This document shows positions 17,887 through 26,934 of a DNA stretch of 27,017 nucleotides, in pieces. Under the pieces are notes generated by a model, which was not told the DNA's origin, did not search any database, and worked only from the letters and a program-made list of their open reading frames with translations. The translations under genes and the position numbers were made by a program. The stretch is from NCBI GenBank assembly GCA_965371515.1, contig CBDUYR010000037.1:1-27017 (forward strand), in the 5' to 3' direction. Position 1 is the first letter of the stretch; each line of letters starts with the position of its first letter. Origin of the DNA: an uncultured bacterium (GTDB taxonomy: Bacteria > Krumholzibacteriota > Krumholzibacteriia > Krumholzibacteriales > Krumholzibacteriaceae).

Positions 17887-20385
17887 ATGAAAACGGGACA
17901 GCTGAGAGACCTGCTCAAGACTGTAAGGGAGCGGAGTCCGTCCACGATCCGTTCGCTCGTAAAAGCGATCGACGGACCACTGGGCAGGACATTGGGAGCG
18001 GCCGCCTGCGCACTCGAGGTATACCGTCCCGGGGCACTCTATCTCTCACGCAGGATCGCCGGCATCGATGATAACGGACTGGCCGCCCTCTTCGGAATAC
18101 GACCGGGAAAGATAGAAGATTGGGTCGTCATCGATCTCGACGGTGAGCGTCGCATAGGACCCGCATCGGGTATCTCCGTAGCGAGCTTGCCGTTCTATCA
18201 CGATGGCACCGAGGCCGGAAGACTCTACCTGCTCAACGGGCCGGGAGAAAGGGATCTACTGGATGACGAGTCGGCAGCTCTGCTGTCTGAGGTCATTTCC
18301 ACGATGATCCATCCGTGTATGAAACACAGAGGCAGCAGGGGCAGTTCGACAGGCGAGTCACTCAGGGCTGAACTGATCGAGGCGGCCGGCGACGACGGGT
18401 TGATGCGCGGCCTTCTCGGCGAGATGATGGAACACTCCGGCGCCGAGTTCTGCGCATACCTGACAGGAACGGGCGGAGGCACGTTCCATATGATAACGCA
18501 GAGTAGAGAATATTCCGGGCTGTTACCCGAGATAAGAGAGAAACTGAAGACCTCGCTCCGCATGTTTACAAACGGCGAAGCGGGTGAATGGATAGAGAGG
18601 GAAAAGATTTACTACTCGGTAAACGAAAAGAGTATCTCGCTTCCAGCCGGGAGATCGGAGATCGAGAGCTATTTCCTCGTTCCGGTCACATCGGGAGCGA
18701 CCGTCGAAGGGGTCCTCTTCTTCGGCAGCGTTCGGAGGGATGCGTTCGTGAGGGAGACGATCTCCCGCTTCCGGGTGCTGGCAGGCGACACCGGCCCGGC
18801 CGGATTGAACGACTGCGATGGCGACGACGAGGGAGGGATGCTCGAGCAGCTTCTTCTCTCGATTCCCTATGGTGCCGCGATCGTCGACACGGAAGGGACG
18901 ATTACCAGGGCTAACGAGGCCCTTCACGCTATCCTCGGCGGAGGCTCGTTCAATTGTATCGAGGAGATCGGTGAGAGATCGACCTTCGACATAAGGTCGG
19001 CGTGGGACGAGTTCAGCAGGTTCGGCCGGAACATTACGGACAGGCAGATAGATTCGTCGGCAGGCGACGACAGAAGCATCTCGCTGTCGATGATAAGGAT
19101 GGAGAGCATACCCGGCGAGGCCAGGACGGTCATCGTTGTCAGGGATACGACGGAACTGACCGGGATGGAGCAGAAGAGGGAAGAGGCGATGGCATTTGTC
19201 GCTCACGAGATCAGGACCCCGATGACTGCGCTGAAAAACTCGCTGAGCATCCTCAGCGACGTAGGATCAGCGGGGTGCGAGGGGATGGAAGAAGCTGACA
19301 GTCCCGGAAGGAAGTTCTTTGAGACGGCGCTGCGTACGGTGGACCGGCTCTCTGTTCTCGTGGACGGACTGCTCGATGTCTCAATGGTCAGGCTCAGCGG
19401 CGGTGACCCTAAGATAGAGAGGGTGGATGTGAAATCCTTCCTCGAGGATGCATCGCTCCTGTTCTCGAACTCGATGACGAAGAAGGAGATATCGTTCGGT
19501 ATAAACGTTGATGAGAAGGCGTCGGACGCTTTCATGGACAGCGGAATGATGGAACAGGTGATACAGAACCTCATTTCCAACAGCCTCAAGCACGTACCGG
19601 CTGGGGGGGGGATCGGCATCACCGTGCGGGCGATGGAGAGTGCGCCGGACTGGATCTTGGGCGTCCTGCCCCTCGACCATACGGAGAAGCCGGGATACAT
19701 GGTGATTACGATATCGGACTCGGGACCGGGCATCCCCGACGACGTCGCACGCTCGATAAACGTCCCGTTTACTGCGCCACCTGATGCGATCAAGCCGGCG
19801 AGGGGGATCGGCCTCTATATCGCTGCGCGGCTCGTGAAGCTGCACGGAGGCAGGCTGATCATCGAGACGGGGGAGAACGGTTCCTCGATCGACATCTACC
19901 TGCCCTCTGATATTCAGACGAGCGAGACGATGAGGGCGGTCATATCGATTCAGTCTTCTGTCGAATCGCTCGTATCAATCGGAGCCTCTCCGATCCTCTA
20001 CGTGCTTACGAGAGATAGAGGTCGCTGCTGGATCGACGTTGCCGGGACGATGCGCGAGAGGCCCGTGATCAATCCGACCCCCGCCGAAACGGGCAGGTCG
20101 GGGATCTACTTCTGGCCGATGGGCGAGAGGCTGGCCTTCGTCATGACCGCAGAAAGGAAGTACAGGGAAAGCCCCATGTCGCTCTTCGAGAAAGGCAGGG
20201 GCGGATTGAGGATGATAGAAGGGAACCCCGGAGAAAACCCGGACGCCGGCTGGGCCGTCTGTCCGGATGACGGCAGGGACTATGCGTCTCTGCTCGACGC
20301 GGCTCTGGAAAGAATGAGAGATGGAGCGGGTGAACCGCTCCGGAAAGGAGTGACGGAATGGACCGCTACAGGATTCTCATCGTAG
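17887..20385 (+). CDS. Sensor histidine kinase (GAF-like, PAS, HisKA, HATPase) with C-terminal extension
   Basis: H-box AHEIRTPMT, N-box QNLISNSLKH, G1 DSGPGIP, G2 GIGLYI; PAS IPYGAAIVDTEGTITRAN..VVRDTTE; GAF-like SYFLVPV...GVLFFGS. Confidence 0.88.
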   Translation: MKTGQLRDLLKTVRERSPSTIRSLVKAIDGPLGRTLGAAACALEVYRPGALYLSRRIAGIDDNGLAALFGIRPGKIEDWVVIDLDGERRIGPASGISVASLPFYHDGTEAGRLYLLNGPGERDLLDDESAALLSEVISTMIHPCMKHRGSRGSSTGESLRAELIEAAGDDGLMRGLLGEMMEHSGAEFCAYLTGTGGGTFHMITQSREYSGLLPEIREKLKTSLRMFTNGEAGEWIEREKIYYSVNEKSISLPAGRSEIESYFLVPVTSGATVEGVLFFGSVRRDAFVRETISRFRVLAGDTGPAGLNDCDGDDEGGMLEQLLLSIPYGAAIVDTEGTITRANEALHAILGGGSFNCIEEIGERSTFDIRSAWDEFSRFGRNITDRQIDSSAGDDRSISLSMIRMESIPGEARTVIVVRDTTELTGMEQKREEAMAFVAHEIRTPMTALKNSLSILSDVGSAGCEGMEEADSPGRKFFETALRTVDRLSVLVDGLLDVSMVRLSGGDPKIERVDVKSFLEDASLLFSNSMTKKEISFGINVDEKASDAFMDSGMMEQVIQNLISNSLKHVPAGGGIGITVRAMESAPDWILGVLPLDHTEKPGYMVITISDSGPGIPDDVARSINVPFTAPPDAIKPARGIGLYIAARLVKLHGGRLIIETGENGSSIDIYLPSDIQTSETMRAVISIQSSVESLVSIGASPILYVLTRDRGRCWIDVAGTMRERPVINPTPAETGRSGIYFWPMGERLAFVMTAERKYRESPMSLFEKGRGGLRMIEGNPGENPDAGWAVCPDDGRDYASLLDAALERMRDGAGEPLRKGVTEWTATGFSS

Positions 20386-20765
20386 AGGATGATGAGGATA
20401 TCGTCGAAACAGTCAAGTACGCCCTCGAGCTGAGAGGATTCGAGACCGATGTGGCGTATGACGGGCTTCACGCATTGCGCAAGGCGAGGAAGAACGCTTA
20501 CGACCTGATGCTTCTCGACATCATGCTCCCGGGCAAGAACGGGTACGAGGTATCCCGTATGCTCAAGAAAGACATGGATGAGGGACGCATCGCTCCTTTC
20601 AAGATCCTCGTCCTGACGGCAAGGAAAGTCGATAGTCCCGAGCGCGAGGATTTCCTCGCCACGTGGTCGAACGCCGACGAGTACATGTATAAGCCGTTCG
20701 AGCTCGATGATCTGATCAATAGGATCAACATGCATCTGGCCGACGAGACGGCCAATGTGAACTGA
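20358..20765 (+). CDS. Single-domain response regulator (receiver)
   Basis: ILIVEDD, LLDIMLP (phospho-Asp), LTA, YMYKPF; AGGAG RBS. Confidence 0.93.
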   Translation: MDRYRILIVEDDEDIVETVKYALELRGFETDVAYDGLHALRKARKNAYDLMLLDIMLPGKNGYEVSRMLKKDMDEGRIAPFKILVLTARKVDSPEREDFLATWSNADEYMYKPFELDDLINRINMHLADETANVN

Positions 20766-20835
20766 GGGAACCCCGGAGGTAAGGCAGGCGGAGAGGCGGC
20801 GCGAGCCGCCGGGACCGGACTGCCTGGTGACATCA

Positions 20836-21528
20836 ATGGCAAGCGATACGGCAACAAGCATCGGCAGTGGGTGCGAGTACATGGCGAGCATCATCGACAG
20901 CTCGCCCGTGCCCCTGATAGCGCTGGATACGAGTCTGCGGATCATCATGTTCAACAGGGCGGCCCGGGAGCTGACCGGATTCGAGACGTCGGACGTGACG
21001 GGGTGCAGGATAAGCACTCTCGTCGGGTTCGAGGACACGCGCCGTATCATCCGTGACCTGAGGGACAGTGGGAAGACATCAGAAGATCACATTGCGAAGT
21101 TCCAGAAGCGCGGCGGGGGAGATGTGCAGGTGAGGCTCAAAGTGAACCCGGTGACGGGCAGGGGAGGGGAGCTCGCTGGAGCTATCATACTTGCCATGGA
21201 CCTGACTGAACTGAGGGAGCTTCAGTCAATGCTGCTCGAAGCCGAGCGGGTGGCCGCGATCACCGAGACGGCGATCAGTGTCAACCACGAGATCAACAAC
21301 CCGCTCTGCTCGATACTCGGATACACTCAGCTGATACTGATGGACAGGGATTCTCTCGACGCGGACGTTGTCAGCAAACTCGAGGGTATCGAGAAACAGA
21401 TCATAAGGATCCAGGAGATCGCGGAAAAGTTGGGGCGTATCAAGCGGCCCGTCCTCAAAGAATATGTAGGGGGAAGCAGGATGCTCGACATGGAGCATTC
21501 GTGCGTCGAGGAAGCGGCCGACGAATAA
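20836..21528 (+). CDS. PAS + HisKA protein lacking an HATPase domain
   Basis: PAS IIDSSPVPLIALD..IIMFNRAARELTG; H-box NHEINNPL; the ORF ends about 80 aa after the His with no N/G boxes. Start uncertain (20827/20836/20881). Confidence 0.85.
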   Translation: MASDTATSIGSGCEYMASIIDSSPVPLIALDTSLRIIMFNRAARELTGFETSDVTGCRISTLVGFEDTRRIIRDLRDSGKTSEDHIAKFQKRGGGDVQVRLKVNPVTGRGGELAGAIILAMDLTELRELQSMLLEAERVAAITETAISVNHEINNPLCSILGYTQLILMDRDSLDADVVSKLEGIEKQIIRIQEIAEKLGRIKRPVLKEYVGGSRMLDMEHSCVEEAADE

Positions 21529-21532
21529 ATCG

Positions 21533-21560
21533 TTGACAACAGCCAATAAATCAATAACAT
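21533..21560 (+). promoter_or_regulatory. Sigma70 promoter for tRNA-Phe
   Basis: TTGACA-16 nt-TAACAT, ending 10 nt before the tRNA 5' end. Confidence 0.75.
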
Positions 21561-21570
21561 TACCGTCCGT

Positions 21571-21646
21571 GGGAAGGTAGCTCAGTCGGTAGAGCAACGG
21601 ATTGAAAATCCGTGTGTCGGGGGTTCAATTCCCTCCCTTCCCACCA
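21571..21646 (+). tRNA. tRNA-Phe (GAA)
   Basis: Acceptor GGGAAGG/CCTTCCC, D arm GCTC/GAGC, anticodon arm ACGGA-TTGAAAA-TCCGT, T loop TTCAATT, encoded CCA; 76 nt. Confidence 0.97.
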
Positions 21647-21657
21647 CCGATATCAAG

Positions 21658-21681
21658 CCGGATCATCGATCCGGGTTTTTT
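21658..21681 (+). terminator. Intrinsic terminator after tRNA-Phe
   Basis: CCGGATC-ATC-GATCCGG followed by GTTTTTT. Confidence 0.8.
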
Positions 21682-21734
21682 CATTGTCATTTCACTATTT
21701 AAGCCTCATTCCATTGTGATACTATTCCCGGCAT

Positions 21735-24053
21735 ATGATTGGTAAGACAATATCGCATTACAGGATCATCGAGGAACTGGGCCGCGGTGGCATGGGAGTG
21801 GTCTATAAGGCCGAGGACCTGACCCTCCAGCGTACCGTTGCGCTGAAATTTCTCGCACCGCATGTAGTCACCGATGAGGAGCACAAGAAACGAATGCTCC
21901 ACGAGGCCAGAGCTACTGCGGCACTGGACCATCCCAATATATCCACTATCTACGGGATCGAGGAATCAGAGGGCCACACATTCATCGTGATGGCATTTAT
22001 CGAGGGGGAGAGTCTCTCCGACAGGATCGAGACGGGTCAGATGGAGATCCTCGATGCCCTTGACATAGCGATTCAGACGGCACGTGGGCTTTCCAGAGCA
22101 CACGCAGCCGGCATCATTCACCGGGACATCAAACCCGGGAATATCCTGGTAAACGCTGAAAGCCAGGTCAAGATCGTCGATTTCGGCCTGGCTAAACTGG
22201 CATCCCAGACAAGGCTGACCCAGGCGGGGACGATCCTGGGCACTATGGCCTACATGTCCCCAGAGCAGGTCACGGGAGCAGATACTGACGCCTCATCTGA
22301 TATCTGGGCTCTCGCCGTCCTGCTGTACGAGATGCTTGCCGGTCAAGCTCCGTTCAGAGGTGAGATGGACGCGGCGGTGATGTACTCGATCATGAACGAG
22401 GATCCGGAACCCCTGACAGAGGTCCGGAAAGACGCAACGGTCGAGTTGGAGAGGATCCTTGAGAAAGCCCTTTCAAAAGATCCTGAAAAGCGCATTCAAT
22501 CGGTGGACGAGTTTCTCTCCGGTCTCGAGGAGATCCGTGACCGGCAGACGCTGGGGATGAAACAGGGGCGGTTCGCAACATTCAAGAGGACGAAAGTAAG
22601 AAAACGGATCGCAGCAGCGGCAGTAGTGGCCGCGATTGTCATTTCAGCAGTCTTCCTGATGCAGTTCCTTGGATCAGGGCCGTCGAAGATAGAATCGGTG
22701 GCTGTTCTTCCTTTCATGAACCTTTCGGGAGATTCCGACCAGGAATATTTCTCGGACGGGATGACCGAGGCGCTGATCTCGCAGCTCGGCCAGGTCAGGG
22801 CGCTCAAGGTCACCTCCCGTACATCTGTCATGCAGTTCAAGGGAACGACCAAGACACTCCCCCAGATCGGGAAGGAACTCGACGTAGACGCGATCGTCGA
22901 GGCATCGGTCATGCGGAGCGGCGAGAGGCTGAAGATCGTGATCAAGCTGTACCGGGCGGATTCCGAGCAGCAGCTGTGGACAGATGAGTACGACAGGAAG
23001 ATCGAGGATGTGCTTTCGATCTACAGCGAGGTGGCCCAGGCGATCACCGGAGAGATAGATATCGCCCTTACCTCGGACGAGAGTGAAAGTATGATCCATA
23101 CGCGCGCCATCGATCCCGAGGCATACGATGCTTACCTCAGGGGGCGGCACCATCTTAACAGCTGGGACCATATGAAAGCGCTCGGGTACTTCATGGATGC
23201 CATCAAGATCGAGCCGACATACGCGGAGGCATACGCAGGACTGGCGTCAACATACAACGGTCTCGGATTATTTGGAATCCTCACTGCGGATGAAGCGTAT
23301 CCGAAAGCCAAAGCAGCAGCCGAGAAAGCCCTGAAGCTGGATGATTCGCAGGGAGCTGCCTATTCTGCGAGGGCTTTCGCAAGACTTGTATATGACCGGG
23401 ATTGGCAGGGCTCCGAGGCAGATTACAAGAAAGCCCTGGAACTCAGCCCGAACAGCCCGGAAGTCTACATGGCATACGATATGTACCTGACTCTTGTTGG
23501 CCGGTACGAGGAAGCTGTCGAATATTGTAAAAGGATGATCGAACTCGATCCTCTGACTCTCGAAAACACGCTGCATCTGGCCTGGATATATAATTATGCC
23601 GGCATGTACGACGAGGCGATCGAATCAACAAATGAGGTCCTCAAGATAGCTCCCAGTCTTTATGCATATTCGACACTGGCCGACAGCTATTTCAAAAAAG
23701 GGATGCACACAGAAGCGGTTGCCTTCTACGATTCGGCATTTTCTCTATCAACGGGCTCCGGCAATGGGGTGTTGCTTGCAGGTGGCGGATATGTCTATGC
23801 GCGTTCCGGCCGCGAGGATAGGGCGAAAGAAATCCTTGATCAGATATTGTCTCTTTCAGAAAGTGGAAATGTCTCTCCTGTCTACGTCGCTCAGGTCTAT
23901 TCCGGCCTGAGGCAGACAGACGAGATGTTCGAATGGCTGGAGAAGTCTTACGAAACAGGAGGGGGCATCTCCATAGCGCTGGATTTCGGTGAATACCGTG
24001 ATGATCCACGATATATCGACCTCTGCCGGAGAATCGGTATTCCTCTCGATTGA
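21735..24053 (+). CDS. Hanks-type Ser/Thr protein kinase with TM helix, TolB-like domain and TPR repeats
   Basis: GRGGMGVVY, VALK, HRDIKPGN, DFG, GTMAYMSPE; TM IAAAAVVAAIVISAVFL; SVAVLPFMNLSGDSDQEYFSDG; multiple TPRs. Confidence 0.93.
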   Translation: MIGKTISHYRIIEELGRGGMGVVYKAEDLTLQRTVALKFLAPHVVTDEEHKKRMLHEARATAALDHPNISTIYGIEESEGHTFIVMAFIEGESLSDRIETGQMEILDALDIAIQTARGLSRAHAAGIIHRDIKPGNILVNAESQVKIVDFGLAKLASQTRLTQAGTILGTMAYMSPEQVTGADTDASSDIWALAVLLYEMLAGQAPFRGEMDAAVMYSIMNEDPEPLTEVRKDATVELERILEKALSKDPEKRIQSVDEFLSGLEEIRDRQTLGMKQGRFATFKRTKVRKRIAAAAVVAAIVISAVFLMQFLGSGPSKIESVAVLPFMNLSGDSDQEYFSDGMTEALISQLGQVRALKVTSRTSVMQFKGTTKTLPQIGKELDVDAIVEASVMRSGERLKIVIKLYRADSEQQLWTDEYDRKIEDVLSIYSEVAQAITGEIDIALTSDESESMIHTRAIDPEAYDAYLRGRHHLNSWDHMKALGYFMDAIKIEPTYAEAYAGLASTYNGLGLFGILTADEAYPKAKAAAEKALKLDDSQGAAYSARAFARLVYDRDWQGSEADYKKALELSPNSPEVYMAYDMYLTLVGRYEEAVEYCKRMIELDPLTLENTLHLAWIYNYAGMYDEAIESTNEVLKIAPSLYAYSTLADSYFKKGMHTEAVAFYDSAFSLSTGSGNGVLLAGGGYVYARSGREDRAKEILDQILSLSESGNVSPVYVAQVYSGLRQTDEMFEWLEKSYETGGGISIALDFGEYRDDPRYIDLCRRIGIPLD

Positions 24054-24058
24054 CAGAT

Positions 24059-26716
24059 CTAGAACGACACCTCCATGCCCATTCTCAGCGATGTCGGCGG
24101 CTGGAAACGGGTCGCCAGTCCGTACGTAGGATTGAGCAAGGTCTCCTCATAATCGTAGTATTTTATCTGATCGTAGTTTACTGCATCCAGCTGGCTCCCG
24201 AGATGGAATATATCGAGCAGTAACCTTATGCGCGCAGTATTACTGATCATCCACGGCAGGTCGTACGCCAACCGGAAATTCAGATCCCATATTGTCGGTG
24301 TCCGCCCGTCAGTACCTCGCTGCTGAGCGAACCCGTAGAAAGGAGGTCCCCACGACGAGGCCTTTCTTACACTCAAAGGAGTTCCGCTTGCCACCTGAAA
24401 GGATGTCCCGATCGTTATCCCGAAATCGAGCCGGTACGATCCGGCAAACTTCAGCACGTGCGTCCGGTCGTTAGGTACAAGGCCGTCAGCGTCGATCATT
24501 ATCTCGGGAAGATCAAAGGCATCAGCGTAATTAGGTCTTTGAGCACCGAAGTCCGAGAGGAGACCTGAGTAATTGCCATCGGCTTTCGAAAGGACGTACG
24601 AAGCGATGAAATTGAAATGCTTCGCTCCTGATCGCTGTAGTGTCAAGACAAGTGCCTTATAATCACGCCTGGCCTTCGGGTACTCACTCAACAGGCCGCT
24701 TCCGGGGTTTCCGACATGAAACTCTCCCAGAGAAGTCACATATCCGTCTTCGACCGCTTCCTTCAATGTGCGATAAACGCCCGTGATCCCCGTTTTGAAG
24801 GTGCTGCCGAGCTGGATCTCGTATCCCAGCGTGAATTCGTCGTAGTGCTGGCCCTTCAGGCCTTCTATCTCACGATGGATCGCTCCCTGACTTGTATGGT
24901 CAAAATAGGGTTCGCAGCCGTCAATAGTAGGATCGCAATTATAATACCGAAGGGACATGATGCCGCCCTCAATATGAGTCATTGACGAAAGATTCAGTGA
25001 CAGATCCTGGTAGAACCTGCCGAAAGATCCGAACAGTTTCTGTCTTCCGCTCGCGACCGGCTTGAAGACCAGCCCGATTCTTGGCTGGTATTGATCCGTG
25101 ATCCTCTGGGCGACGTTGCCGTTGGAATCGTACAGGTACTGGGCGTCCCATCTAAAGCCCGCGTTCAGGCGAAGACGGTCGATGACCTGCCATGAATCCT
25201 GGATAAATACGGACGGTATACTGCTGCTGACAGTGCCTTCGATATCGAACAGCATTGTTGTATATGTCGTGTCGTTATCACGCTGGATCAGTTTCTGCAG
25301 CTGGTCCATATCGGTTCTGAGATGCCTGTATTCGAATCCGGCTTTAAGCTCGTGGGCGCCGAGTATGAGCGTTCCCTTGATGATCGCGTTTGCCTGGATA
25401 CTGTGATTGTCCAGGGATTCAGGATTTCCACCCGACCAGATCCCTGTCTCGCTGTCGATATACAGCGGTTCTTCCAGGCCGCGCTGGGTCCGCGGCAGAT
25501 AGACGTCGTCTCTCGTGCTCACCGAGAAGACAGATTCGAAATAGAGCCTGTCGTTCACGAAATAGTCGGCATTAAGCGAGGTCGCAATCCCACCAGTCTT
25601 CGTGTGAGTAAGGTAGGGATCCGGATTCTCGAGAAGAGTCGGGGGTACTCCCGTGACAGCCGTTGCTTCAGCGACGGCGTCGCGTTCACCGGGGTCTCCG
25701 AATACTGAAAGTGCGACGTTCATCCTGTCTGTCGCCTTCCAGGTCAGTTTCGCGGCAAAGATGTGTATGATGCCATCGTCATCCCAGTACCCATGTCCGG
25801 GGATCTCTATCTGCTGCTTCTCAATGGTCGGGTTATATGCTGCATAATACCAGAGCCTGTCACGAACGATCGAGCCTCCGACACTGAATCCGATATCATA
25901 CTGGGAAAAGTCTCCCGTGTTGGGTTCGAATGCTCCTGACTTCGAATCACCTGAGAACCGATTGTTCGCGAAGAAACCGAATGCCTGTCCATAGAAATCG
26001 TTTCTGCCGGAATTAGTCACGACATTGAGTATTCCGCCGAGAGAGCTCTTGTATTCTGCCTGGTAGCTGCCGGCGGTTACCTCTACTTCGCGGATGAAGT
26101 TGTATGGAAGGCGCATTCCAGTTGTGCCCCTCCAGGGATCGGTGACATCTACTCCATCAATAAAATGCCTGTTCTCGAGGCCCGTTCCTCCGCTTATGTT
26201 CACGTCGTCGCCGAAGAAGCTCGTGTTAGCCATCGGTAGAAGGGCCGGAATTTGCCGGTAGTCACGCTGGATCGGAAGCACATCGATCTCATCTGATGTC
26301 AGGTTGGCCCCGATCGCCGTCGTGGTGATGTCGATCACAGGCATCGTTTCGGTCACGACTATCTCAGGTGCCTCGTGAAGCTCTGTTGTGAGACGGATAT
26401 CAGGCATGGTGGTGGTCTTTCCCAGCCAGACCGTTACGTTCTCGAAAGAGATGTCTTTATAACTCACATGTGAGATGGTCACGGTATACTTGCCGATCGG
26501 CAGATTGGGGAGGAGGAATGCCCCGTTGGATCCCGAGAGCGCGATCCTCGTGCCCTGCAGGTCGGGACTTGTGACGGAAACGGTTACGAATGAGATCCCG
26601 TTCCCTTTCTCGTCCAGTACGCGGCTCTCGAGATTCCCTGTGATCTTCTGAGCGGACAGGCCGGTAGCGCAAGAAAGCATCAGGACAATAAGTACCCCTC
26701 GGATGATGCACTTCAT
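24059..26716 (-). CDS. TonB-dependent receptor (Oar-like) with N-terminal carboxypeptidase-regulatory-like domain
   Basis: Signal peptide from ATG26716 (AGGAGG RBS); NLPIGKYTVT; IDGVDVTDP, Y.AEY..SLGGILNVVTNSG; FIQDSW...LNAGFRWD; terminal EVSF. Confidence 0.9.
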   Translation of the reverse strand: MKCIIRGVLIVLMLSCATGLSAQKITGNLESRVLDEKGNGISFVTVSVTSPDLQGTRIALSGSNGAFLLPNLPIGKYTVTISHVSYKDISFENVTVWLGKTTTMPDIRLTTELHEAPEIVVTETMPVIDITTTAIGANLTSDEIDVLPIQRDYRQIPALLPMANTSFFGDDVNISGGTGLENRHFIDGVDVTDPWRGTTGMRLPYNFIREVEVTAGSYQAEYKSSLGGILNVVTNSGRNDFYGQAFGFFANNRFSGDSKSGAFEPNTGDFSQYDIGFSVGGSIVRDRLWYYAAYNPTIEKQQIEIPGHGYWDDDGIIHIFAAKLTWKATDRMNVALSVFGDPGERDAVAEATAVTGVPPTLLENPDPYLTHTKTGGIATSLNADYFVNDRLYFESVFSVSTRDDVYLPRTQRGLEEPLYIDSETGIWSGGNPESLDNHSIQANAIIKGTLILGAHELKAGFEYRHLRTDMDQLQKLIQRDNDTTYTTMLFDIEGTVSSSIPSVFIQDSWQVIDRLRLNAGFRWDAQYLYDSNGNVAQRITDQYQPRIGLVFKPVASGRQKLFGSFGRFYQDLSLNLSSMTHIEGGIMSLRYYNCDPTIDGCEPYFDHTSQGAIHREIEGLKGQHYDEFTLGYEIQLGSTFKTGITGVYRTLKEAVEDGYVTSLGEFHVGNPGSGLLSEYPKARRDYKALVLTLQRSGAKHFNFIASYVLSKADGNYSGLLSDFGAQRPNYADAFDLPEIMIDADGLVPNDRTHVLKFAGSYRLDFGITIGTSFQVASGTPLSVRKASSWGPPFYGFAQQRGTDGRTPTIWDLNFRLAYDLPWMISNTARIRLLLDIFHLGSQLDAVNYDQIKYYDYEETLLNPTYGLATRFQPPTSLRMGMEVSF

Positions 26717-26851
26717 TCTACCTCCTTTGATATGTCTGTCCATTCGACCCCTGACCCATTGCGGCGAGAATACAGTCAATGTACATAGTTTACAAGATTA
26801 ATCAGGGATTAAGGCTCTATAAAGGAAAAAGCCGGAGTGCCAAGGTGATGG

Positions 26852-26892
26852 AAAAAAAGAAAGAGGCCGGACAGGGCATCCGGCCTCTTTCT
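26852..26892 (-). terminator. Intrinsic terminator for the minus-strand gene at the right edge
   Basis: 14-bp stem AGAAAGAGGCCGGA-7 nt-TCCGGCCTCTTTCT; the A7 tract on the + strand gives a U tract on the - strand. Confidence 0.85.
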
Positions 26893-26934
26893 CTGATTGC
26901 CGCTGAAAGATATCAGCGGGCTCGGGAAGAAACT

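Noticed and set aside
20782..20825. c-di-GMP-I riboswitch (GNRA hairpin followed by GGGAC)
   Set aside because: Lacks the GCAAA elements and the second hairpin with a tetraloop receptor.
20755..20835. ATG-TGA in frame with the PAS-HisKA gene: selenocysteine readthrough or frameshift fusion with the receiver
   Set aside because: The hairpin loop is about 40 nt from the UGA, there is no slippery sequence, and a plausible downstream start exists.
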